Shown: positions 20,034-28,500 of the stretch, in pieces
Position numbering within the stretch: position 1 is the stretch's first letter
Layout of the letters: the number at the start of each line of letters is the position of its first letter
Origin: Candidatus Daviesbacteria bacterium
Lineage (GTDB): Bacteria; Patescibacteriota; Microgenomatia; Daviesbacterales; UBA10151
DNA: 64,000 bases
Assembly (NCBI GenBank): GCA_028687915.1
Contig: JAQTZF010000001.1
Coordinates: forward strand, 290,634 to 354,633
Direction of reading: 5' to 3'
The notes under the pieces: model-generated
The model's input: only the letters and a program-made list of their open reading frames with translations
Told to the model about the DNA's origin: nothing
Databases searched by the model: none
Translations under genes and position numbers: made by a program

Positions 20034-20071
20034 ATATCAATCCTAGCATATTTACAGTATTGGATGATAAA

Positions 20072-21352
20072 TTACGATGGTTTTGGAGCTTTTTCCAATT
20101 TCACTGTTATTTCCGATGTCAGATTATTATGTAGAACAGTTAACTTAACTGTTTGGTTAACTTGCTTTTGGCTGATTATTGAAGAGAGAGAAGTATTTTG
20201 GTCCAACTTAACACCATCAATTTCTAGGATAATGTCGTTTTCTTTAATTCCGGCTTTATCAGCAGGTGATCCGGGGATAACTGCCAGATCTGTTATTGTT
20301 TGTCCGCGGGAAACGAGTACACCATAATCGACTGATAAATTATTTTTATCTTTTAGTTCTTGAGTAATCTGAATATAACGGATGCCAAGATAAGGACGAA
20401 TAATTTCTCCATTTTTTTGTACTGAATCTACAATATACTTAACATTATTTGAAGGTAAGGCAAAAGCAATGTTTTGGGCTGTTTGCTCAATTGCAGTATT
20501 TACTCCGATGACATGGCCAGATAAGTCCAATAGTGGTCCTCCCGAATTCCCCAGATTAATGGCTGCATCAGTTTGAATGATATTCTCCAGTTGTTCTGGA
20601 CGACCAGAGAAGTCTCCTGCTGTTATAGAACGTGAAAGTCCTGATATAACTCCAACTGATACAGAATTACGAAATTCCGCCAAAGCGTTTCCAATAGCAA
20701 TAACAGTTTGTCCTGGTTTTAATAAATCAGAGTTGCCAAATGAAAGATATGAAAAATTATTGCCTTTAATTTTTAGAATTGCAATATCAAGCGCCGTATC
20801 TTTTGCTAAAACTTCTGCATCGTATTTTTTGCCATCATTTGTAAGAACTGTGTAACTGGCTTGGTCATCAGCTACTACATGACGGTTTGTTACTATTAAG
20901 CCATCAGGAGAGACAAAAAAACCTGACCCTCCGCCAATATTTTGTTTCTCGACTCTGTTTTGATTTAATTGTGGGCTTGGTGAACCAAAATTATTGTTAA
21001 AAAGATAATTAAAGAAATTATTTTCCTGAAAATTATTACCAAAATATCTTTGAATAACAGGAACATCCTTGGTAATAATAATAGATACAACAGCATTATT
21101 GGTCTTTTGTACTATATCTGTAATACTTGATTCTTCAACTACAGAATTAGGTGAGAGAATATTAGTTTGAGACATCTGAGGATTAAATTTGTTGAATAAA
21201 GAAGTAACTACTTTATTGAATAAACTATTTTGCGTGATAATTAAAAATTCAAATAAGCTAATTAAAACAATAACAGTAAAGATACTAGTGAAGAGACTGA
21301 CAATAATTGTAGTTTTGTTTGTTTTGATAATTGTTTTAAAACTCCCAATCAT
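20072..21352 (-). CDS. HtrA/DegP serine protease with PDZ domain
   Basis: GSGF, TNRHVV, DIAILKI, QTDAAINLGNSGGPL, PDZ with GSPADKAG. Confidence 0.95.
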   Translation of the reverse strand: MIGSFKTIIKTNKTTIIVSLFTSIFTVIVLISLFEFLIITQNSLFNKVVTSLFNKFNPQMSQTNILSPNSVVEESSITDIVQKTNNAVVSIIITKDVPVIQRYFGNNFQENNFFNYLFNNNFGSPSPQLNQNRVEKQNIGGGSGFFVSPDGLIVTNRHVVADDQASYTVLTNDGKKYDAEVLAKDTALDIAILKIKGNNFSYLSFGNSDLLKPGQTVIAIGNALAEFRNSVSVGVISGLSRSITAGDFSGRPEQLENIIQTDAAINLGNSGGPLLDLSGHVIGVNTAIEQTAQNIAFALPSNNVKYIVDSVQKNGEIIRPYLGIRYIQITQELKDKNNLSVDYGVLVSRGQTITDLAVIPGSPADKAGIKENDIILEIDGVKLDQNTSLSSIISQKQVNQTVKLTVLHNNLTSEITVKLEKAPKPS

Positions 21353-21451
21353 AATTTGGATAGTATTTTAAAATAAAATATTTTTTGTTGTCAATATTTA
21401 CAAACCTATATCTATTATATCACTTATCAATCTGGTGTTATACTGATTTTA

Positions 21452-22363
21452 ATGTTAGCTAAGATAATATCTGGAGCAAATGTGGGGATAGAATCTGTTG
21501 CTGTAACGGTGGAAATTGATATTGCTTCACAAGGTTTACCTTCTTTTACTCTGGTAGGATTGGCTGATAGGGCAGTTGAAGAATCAAGAGAAAGAGTGAG
21601 GTCTGCTTTAAAAAATACTGGTGCTGATTTTCCAGCCAAAAGAATTACTGTTAATTTAGCACCAGCTGATTTACCAAAAGTTGGGCCTGCTTTTGATTTA
21701 CCAATAGCTTTAGGATTGCTTATTGCTTCTGGACAGGTGGTAGGGGATTTATCAGACACTATGTTGGTGGGTGAATTATCTCTTGATGGAAGTTTAAGGT
21801 CTACCAATGGGATTTTGGCTTTTACAATTTTAGCTAAAAGTTTGGGTTTAAAAAGAATTTTTGTTCCCCTTGAGAATGCAATTGAAGCAGCAGTGGTGGA
21901 AGGAATAGAAGTATATGGATTTGAAAATTTACTGGAAGTTTTTAATTTCTTAAGTGGAAATTTAGAAAAATCACAACAACCTCTAACAGATTTAGATAGA
22001 AGTGATGATTTATTATATGAATATGATTTTAAAGAAATTAAAGGCCAAAATCAGGCTAAAAGAGCACTTGAAATTGCAGCAGCTGGTGGACATAATGTTA
22101 TATTAAAAGGCCCTCCTGGAGCAGGGAAGACGCTTTTGGCGCGTGCTTTTCCATCTATTTTACCAAAGCTTACTAAAGAAGAATCTTTAGAGATTACCAA
22201 AATTTATTCTGTAACAGGTAATTTATCTAAAGGTTCATCACTAATTACCACACGTCCTTTTCGTTCACCTCACCATACTGCCTCCTATGTTGGAATAATC
22301 GGGGGAGGAAATAATATTAAACCAGGTGAAGTGTCTTTAGCTCATAGAGGTGTATTATTTTTG
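21452..22363 (+). pseudogene. comM: comM (YifB Mg-chelatase-like ATPase), 5' half, interrupted by prophage
   Basis: ESRERVRSA, ITVNLAPADLPK, GELSLDG, GPPGAGKT, PFRSPHH, PGEVSLAHRGVLFL, then phage-derived NEVSEFSKKFCF* (stop 22402). Confidence 0.95.
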
Positions 22364-22369
22364 AATGAA
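22358..22369 (+). repeat. attL core TTTTTGAATGAA
   Basis: 10/12 match to TTTCTGGATGAA at 59830-59841, both in the comM reading frame (FLNE vs FLDE). Confidence 0.8.
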
Positions 22370-22375
22370 GTGTCT

Positions 22376-22433
22376 GAGTTCTCGAAGAAATTTTGCTTCT
22401 GATCTTCTTAAATTTCCTCTTGCAAAATCTAGG
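22376..22433 (+). repeat. left prophage end, imperfect inverted repeat of the right end
   Basis: GAGTTCTCGAA 22376-22386, GCTTCT and AAAATCTAGG 22424-22433 are reverse complements of blocks in 59754-59826. Confidence 0.8.
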
Positions 22434-22554
22434 TCTATAACCAGTGAAGCATATTTAATTGTCGTTGTCAAGTGCTTTTTTTCTGACCGCAAAAAGATGG
22501 CATAATGACTATGAACAATGAAGCAGTTATCAGTCCTGCCTCTATAATAAAATC

Positions 22555-23637
22555 ATGAGCTATCAAAAATTCCTCTCGGAATATACGGATTTTATCAGGT
22601 ATGACCGAGACCTTTCTGAGCATACTGTCGAGGTGCGGGAGCAATGGCTCAACCGCTTCTTTCGTGATCTCGGCGACAAGGAATTCACTTTTGAAAATAT
22701 CCGCGAGCATCTTCGAAACTATAAAAGGGGCAATCTCTCTCCGAATTACATCAATGTCCTGGTGACCTCTCTCAACTCCTTCCTGCGATTTCTGATCGCT
22801 GAAAAACACCAACCCCTGGAAGACTTCACCTCCAACCTCAACCAACTGCGCCCGAAGAAAAAGTTCGTTTTGTATCAGACGCTTTCCCTGGATGAGATCG
22901 AGAAGCTGATCAGCCCGCCACCGCGCAAAAATAACTACAATGTTTTCGGCAAGCCCCACCTATATCCGAAGTATAAAAAGTGCGATGAGATGTGGTCGCT
23001 GCTGCTGGAATTTCTCGCAAAGACTGGCTGCCGTCCTGGAGAAGTGATCGATCTCAATGTTGGCGATCTTAACTTTGGCACTGACGAGTTTATAATCCGC
23101 GAGACAAAGACCGATGAGCAGCGCATTGTGCCGATCCCTCCTGACATGACCACGAAAATGCGTGAGTGGATTAAAAGCAGAGGCGAGATTCCGCCTTCCT
23201 CTCCACTGTTTATCACCATGCACTTTGCCAGGACTCGTCCTAATTCCAGGATCGGCGAGTCGATGATCAATAAAATCATCAGGGAGAGAGCCAGGAGAGC
23301 TGGGCTGCATGTCGACAAGCGCTTCCACGCCCATAGTTTCCGCCATTCTTTTGTGACTGAAATGCTCCGCCAGGATGTCGCGATCTCAAAGGTGCAGCGC
23401 ATCGTCGGTCACCGCAAAGTCGACACGACCATGATTTACACCCACATGGTTGTCGATGACCTCCGCCAGGCGATGCTGAAACACCCTCTAATTCGCAAAT
23501 CACAAGACCCGCATGCTATTATCGAGAGCGTGAAAGAGGAGATTAAATCATTCAAATTGCACGGCGACGAGCGTTTTGATTACACATTAACCGAGCGGAA
23601 CGACGGCTTCTCCTTCGAGCTATCCCTTAAGAAGTAG
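22555..23637 (+). CDS. tyrosine recombinase/integrase
   Basis: TGCRPGE (R), TKT (K), HSFRH, GHRKVDTTMIY (H, Y); full catalytic set. Confidence 0.95.
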   Translation: MSYQKFLSEYTDFIRYDRDLSEHTVEVREQWLNRFFRDLGDKEFTFENIREHLRNYKRGNLSPNYINVLVTSLNSFLRFLIAEKHQPLEDFTSNLNQLRPKKKFVLYQTLSLDEIEKLISPPPRKNNYNVFGKPHLYPKYKKCDEMWSLLLEFLAKTGCRPGEVIDLNVGDLNFGTDEFIIRETKTDEQRIVPIPPDMTTKMREWIKSRGEIPPSSPLFITMHFARTRPNSRIGESMINKIIRERARRAGLHVDKRFHAHSFRHSFVTEMLRQDVAISKVQRIVGHRKVDTTMIYTHMVVDDLRQAMLKHPLIRKSQDPHAIIESVKEEIKSFKLHGDERFDYTLTERNDGFSFELSLKK

Positions 23638-23652
23638 TTGTATAATTGTGCA

Positions 23653-23950
23653 TATGGCTGACCACAAAAAAAAGGCTCAGGAGATCGTTGCCCGCGCCTA
23701 TAATTTATCCGATGCTTTCGAAGAAACTGTTGAGGAGCTTTTTAACTACCTGGACAGTGTGAAGGAAAAAAGGCGCAAGCAGTTTGGTGAGGACTCCGAA
23801 CCCTATAAAACATCAGTGCAATATGTCGCGATGTGCCGAGAGATTCTGAAAAAAATCCAGACTAACCACGCCGAGGGGTTTGACCTTCTTCTCGAATTCG
23901 TCAAAGACCACATCGAGAAAGAACAGCTCGAAGACTCTCCGTCTACTTAA
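23653..23950 (+). CDS. hypothetical helical protein downstream of integrase
   Basis: ORF of ~100 aa (track start 23648; ATG near 23654) with its own TATAAT at 23641. Confidence 0.6.
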
Positions 23951-24194
23951 AAAATACCCTGAATACGACATCAATAATGATCGTCACTATGGCAACTGCC
24001 ACGCTGATTTTTACAGTGATGGTATTTACCTGGATTTTCAAATTGTCTACATCGCACTGCAGTGTATGCAGGTGGTTGTTTTTGATCTCACCCAGGTCTT
24101 TGTTGATATAGTTCAAGCCATTGTCGACGCGCTCCTCCAGCTTGGCGACTCTTTCGATGATTTGTGTGTTGGTTGTTCCGTTATCGTTTGCCAT
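23943..24194 (-). CDS. XhlA/holin-like small protein (coiled coil plus C-terminal TM)
   Basis: ERVAKLEER coiled coil, C-terminal hydrophobic helix; end of lysis cluster. Confidence 0.6.
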   Translation of the reverse strand: MANDNGTTNTQIIERVAKLEERVDNGLNYINKDLGEIKNNHLHTLQCDVDNLKIQVNTITVKISVAVAIVTIIIDVVFRVFFK

Positions 24195-24206
24195 AGTGAT
24201 TTCGCA

Positions 24207-24479
24207 TTAAAACGGCAATTTATCAACTAGAGCGGTTTTGTCTTCCGATCCGAAGATGTCTCTGAGTAACTTCCCGATGGCGTTCACCCCCGCGACTAAT
24301 CCAGAAAGCAGGAACGGATATGCGAGTAGGGTTTTGAAATTCTCCCAGCTGGCGAATGCTTCCGCTCCTGTATTGATCAGCACTATCGATCCAGTCACAA
24401 AAAAGGCTGAGACAAAAACTCTCAGAAACCTCCAGGCGACTTTCTTCCACTCAGGGTATAGTTGATCTAATGGGTTCAT
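24207..24479 (-). CDS. putative holin
   Basis: 90 aa, two TM segments (WRFLRVFVSAFF; FLLSGLVAGVNAIGK), next to a peptidase. Confidence 0.65.
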   Translation of the reverse strand: MNPLDQLYPEWKKVAWRFLRVFVSAFFVTGSIVLINTGAEAFASWENFKTLLAYPFLLSGLVAGVNAIGKLLRDIFGSEDKTALVDKLPF

Positions 24480-25588
24480 GCTTTCTTCACCTCCTTTCTA
24501 TTGATTAAATTTTTAATGAAGTTGGTCAATGCTGTGATCACCGCGTTTATGATGCTGGTTTTTACTGGGAGCTGACCCTTCTGACAGGCTTCGAGCTGGC
24601 TTTTGGCAGTTTGAGCCTCTAATAGCGCCCGACCTTTGGCTTTGTTGGCTTCGTCGAGTTCCCCCTCCAGCACCTTCACTCTACCCTCGGCTACCTTGAC
24701 GATTTCAGGCAGGTTTTTGATGTCCTTTTTAAGCGCATCGAGCAGGTCTTTATAATACTTTTCCTTCTCTAGCACTAGCTTTTCGAGTCTGCTAACCTGT
24801 TCGGTTCGGTTGGTGATTTCAGTGTTTGCCACATCGAGGTCTTTTTGCTTCTCTCCCAGCTGGTTTTTCAGGTCAGTTTCCCTCGATTTATACCCTGCAG
24901 CCACACTCTTAACTTTGTCGCTGGGGGTAGTGTTTGGGTCGTCAGTTATCTCAAGAATCTTGAGAGTCTCTGCCCATTTTGTAGCGCTGGCAACTATCTG
25001 CTCGTATTTTGTGCGCCATTCTGGAGTGTTTGGCACAAGGCAACCCTCGGCTGCATCGATTGCTGCAGGCGTTCCTTCATACCAACACCAGGAATAAATC
25101 AATTTCTGAGCTGTCACGCCCCAGCTGGTGATCCTTTTTTCCGCTCCGTCCCAGGGGTCTTGCACTATAAAGTCGTCGCCGTCATAACCGATAGCCAGAA
25201 TCCAGTGTTCGTCGAATGCACTGGTTGAAGGGATCGTGTCGATCTGTAAAAAGACTGGGAAGCCTTTGTCGATTGCTCCTCTGATCTGGTTCATTTGATC
25301 CTGGGTAAGTGCCTGGCTGTTTGACCACTTGCCTGAGTATTTGAGACCCGCAAACAATTTCGGGATCGCTCCCCAGATTAAGAGATTGCCGTCCTGGTAT
25401 CCGCCGTTTTGAGTCATTTTTTCGTTTAAGGTGAGCGGTGTCTCTTTGAATCCGTAATAGCTCACTGACATGGTGGCGCAGTTTAAGAGGCATCCCACTC
25501 CTCCGATTGTGCCTTTTGTCCCCATCGGGCTGTTCTTCCAGCGGGGATCGTTCTGACAATATGTGACTGGTAGTGTTAGTTTTTTCAT
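24476..25588 (-). CDS. C39-like cysteine peptidase with long C-terminal coiled coil (candidate endolysin)
   Basis: YCQNDPRW...TIGGVGC (Cys), EHWILAIG (His), QDPW (Asp); heptad-rich C-terminal half. Confidence 0.75.
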   Translation of the reverse strand: MKKLTLPVTYCQNDPRWKNSPMGTKGTIGGVGCLLNCATMSVSYYGFKETPLTLNEKMTQNGGYQDGNLLIWGAIPKLFAGLKYSGKWSNSQALTQDQMNQIRGAIDKGFPVFLQIDTIPSTSAFDEHWILAIGYDGDDFIVQDPWDGAEKRITSWGVTAQKLIYSWCWYEGTPAAIDAAEGCLVPNTPEWRTKYEQIVASATKWAETLKILEITDDPNTTPSDKVKSVAAGYKSRETDLKNQLGEKQKDLDVANTEITNRTEQVSRLEKLVLEKEKYYKDLLDALKKDIKNLPEIVKVAEGRVKVLEGELDEANKAKGRALLEAQTAKSQLEACQKGQLPVKTSIINAVITALTNFIKNLINRKEVKKA

Positions 25589-25592
25589 AGGT

Positions 25593-28500
25593 TTATTTGA
25601 AAAGTCCTAGCGGATCATTTCCTTTTGTTGCCCCGCCTCCTGTCGGGAACATTTGCCCCATTGTTGGTTTAGCGGAAGGCGCTGGTGCGCTGCCTCCCAT
25701 CAAACCCAGTGGGTCATTCGCTCTCGGTGCGCTTCCGCCAGGTTTTAACACAGGATTTTTAGTGCCTGCTGGCGCACTGAGTTTGAGTAATCGCTGCATG
25801 TCGCTCGCGTCGAACATCACACTCTTTTGAAAGCTCACCGCTTCTTTTGGATCGTCGGCGAACAGGAGAGGAGTTATCTGCGGGACAATGAGTTTGGCTT
25901 TGTTATTCCAGTCGGTTGCGATCTTTTGGGCTTGCGGTAAATTGCCTGCAGTCAGTGCTTTTTGCACCTGGATTCTGGCGGTGTTGTATCCGACAGTGGT
26001 ATCGTCCAGGAGTTGCCAGGCTGCATTCTCTTTTGCTCCTCCCTGGGTTCTGACGAATCTCTGCAGCGACGCACCAACTAGATCGCTCGGATTGAAGACA
26101 TACTTGCTGCTTGAACCGAATAACCCAGTGGCGATGTGGGCGATTCTCATCGGACTCCATCCGACGGCTCGTCCCAGCATTACTGCCAGAGGTTCTGTCT
26201 TCTCGTTATATTGCTCGGTAGGTGCGACCTTCTCCAATTTTCTCGGAATGATCGGGAATCCTGTAAATAGATTCAAGTTTGTGACTTCTTCGACCAGGGT
26301 TTTCAATGCTGGCGGTAGCGCTCCTCCCAGGAAAGCACTGCCTGATAATTCGCCGTCTCTACTGAAAGGAACTGGTGAGAGTTGGCTTGTCCATTCGACT
26401 GCCAATTTCAGCAGGTTGGCTGGCTCTTGCTTCCTCACATACTCAAAGGCGTATTCGAGCGGATTGTAGAAAATAGCACCCATGTCTCCTTTGGGAATCT
26501 GCAGCACTTTCGGCACTGTTTTGCCTTCCTTGTCTTTTTCAGAGCCTAAAATGATAATGAAATACTGATCCTTTGCCCACTGCGGGATGTCGTCCCAGAG
26601 GTCTTCGTGATTCATGATGTTATAGAAATAGGTGGCGACACCTGGCATGACAATGAGCGCCATTGCTTTGAGTGCCGACTTGAGCGGGTTTTCTTTGAAA
26701 GCATCTTTGACTCTGAGGAGTCCTTGCCAGCGGGCATTCACGAAAGGAATCCACTGGTTGATGATCCTCATCTCTTTGCCTGCTTTTGCAAAATCGACTG
26801 TGGCATTTCGGGCTTCGAAAGCTGCCTCGGTTGTCGTCACTCCTGGCTTGGCAATACCTTTTTTGTAGATGCCCAGTCTCGGCGCGAGTTCTACCGCTTC
26901 AGAGAAGTTGCTAATAAGCTGGAAGGGATTGATGATCGCCTTTGTTTTCGTCCACCAGGATGGCGTGAACAATTCTTTTGAAACAACTGACAGCTGCTTC
27001 GCGTTGCCGATATAACCGCCGTATCCTCCCTGGTTTTTCAAGAAATCATCATAGGCTTTCGACTCCCATTTGAATGCTCCCTTGAAGCCATCCATGAGTC
27101 CTGAGAGCCAGTTGACTGGACTGAAGCCCCACTTCGTCACTATCGATGCGGTCTGGAAGTCGCGGATCGCGTTGGTCAGGGTAAAAGGAATATAGAAGGT
27201 GGTCACACCCGCCTTGAATGCTCTGGTTGATGCCATTGCCAGTTTGCCCATGACGCCTGCCTCAGCTGGACTGAGTGCGTGCATCGCTTCGGACAGCTCT
27301 TTTGGCACAGCCCAGCGCGTCACCTTGCCGTTTATGAAGGCACTGATGGTGTCCCAGTCCTTCGGCGCTTTGGCGTCTTTGTAGAGATATTTTATAAATT
27401 CTTTTGCTTCGGGATGACTCTTTCTCAGATCGATCAATTTCCTGGCGACTTCGTTTCTCTTGGTCAGGTTGATTGCTTTGCTGAGGTTGTCGACGATTGA
27501 TTCAAAAGGATCGCGAATCTGTTTTTCCGTTCCTTTTAATCCCTGAATGACACCCTGTTTGCTGACAGAGAATGTCTCGCTGCCTGCCTGCATCTGGTCT
27601 GCTTGTTTAGCATCAGGTAGGTAGTCGAGGACATGGAATGGCATCCAGCTCTTATTTTTCTCGACAACGGCATTGAATGCCTTTTTGCTGATCAGTCCTG
27701 TGTCTCTCATCGGTTCGAGGATGTTTCGGATCGACCAATTCTGGATCGCTTGCCCTGCCTGTTCGAACTGCTTATAAACTTTCTCGCCGACTTTTTCTTT
27801 CAATTCAGTGAGAGCTTTTTCTCCTGTTTCTTTGGTCACACCTGCTGGGTTGTCGAAGCCTCTGTCGGCTCTTTCGATGGCACGCTGCGCCAGGACATAG
27901 CGGGTGAAGTCTGGTCGGAATTTTCTCACTGGTGAGACGATCTTTTGCAGATCACGGAAAGCGACCTCAATCGTTCCGAATCTGCCCGCGTAGAGTCGCG
28001 CTGCAATATAAGGACTGGAATCAATATCGATGGGGAGTCCCTGCAGTTTGCTGACTGTTTCCTCGAATTGCTTCATAGGAGCATAGCGGTCAGTGAAGTT
28101 TCTGCTAAACCAGGGCTTGACCCCTTTGAGCCAGTCTGCCACTGATGCAGCTTTTCCGAGTTTGCCGACCATTTTATCGATCTGCTCCAGGGCGCTACCT
28201 TCTGGCGGTGGAGGAGCTTGAGTGATCGGTTCTTCTTTTGGTGGTCGTGGTGCGCTTCCTTTCGGAGGAGTCGCCATTTCGTCAGCCCGCATCTTTTTGG
28301 GTGCTTTGACTTTGCCCTGCATTCTCTCCTGGAATTTCTTCAGGTAGGCTTCTTTGTCTTTCATGATTTCGCCAACACTGGGGACACGCTCGGCATCCAG
28401 GAGTTCTTTTTCTTCTGGTCGATATTTAAGTCTGATTTCTTCTGCCTTCGCTGCTTTTTGCTCCTGGGCAGTGAATTGCTGCGCGATCTGATCATCGATC

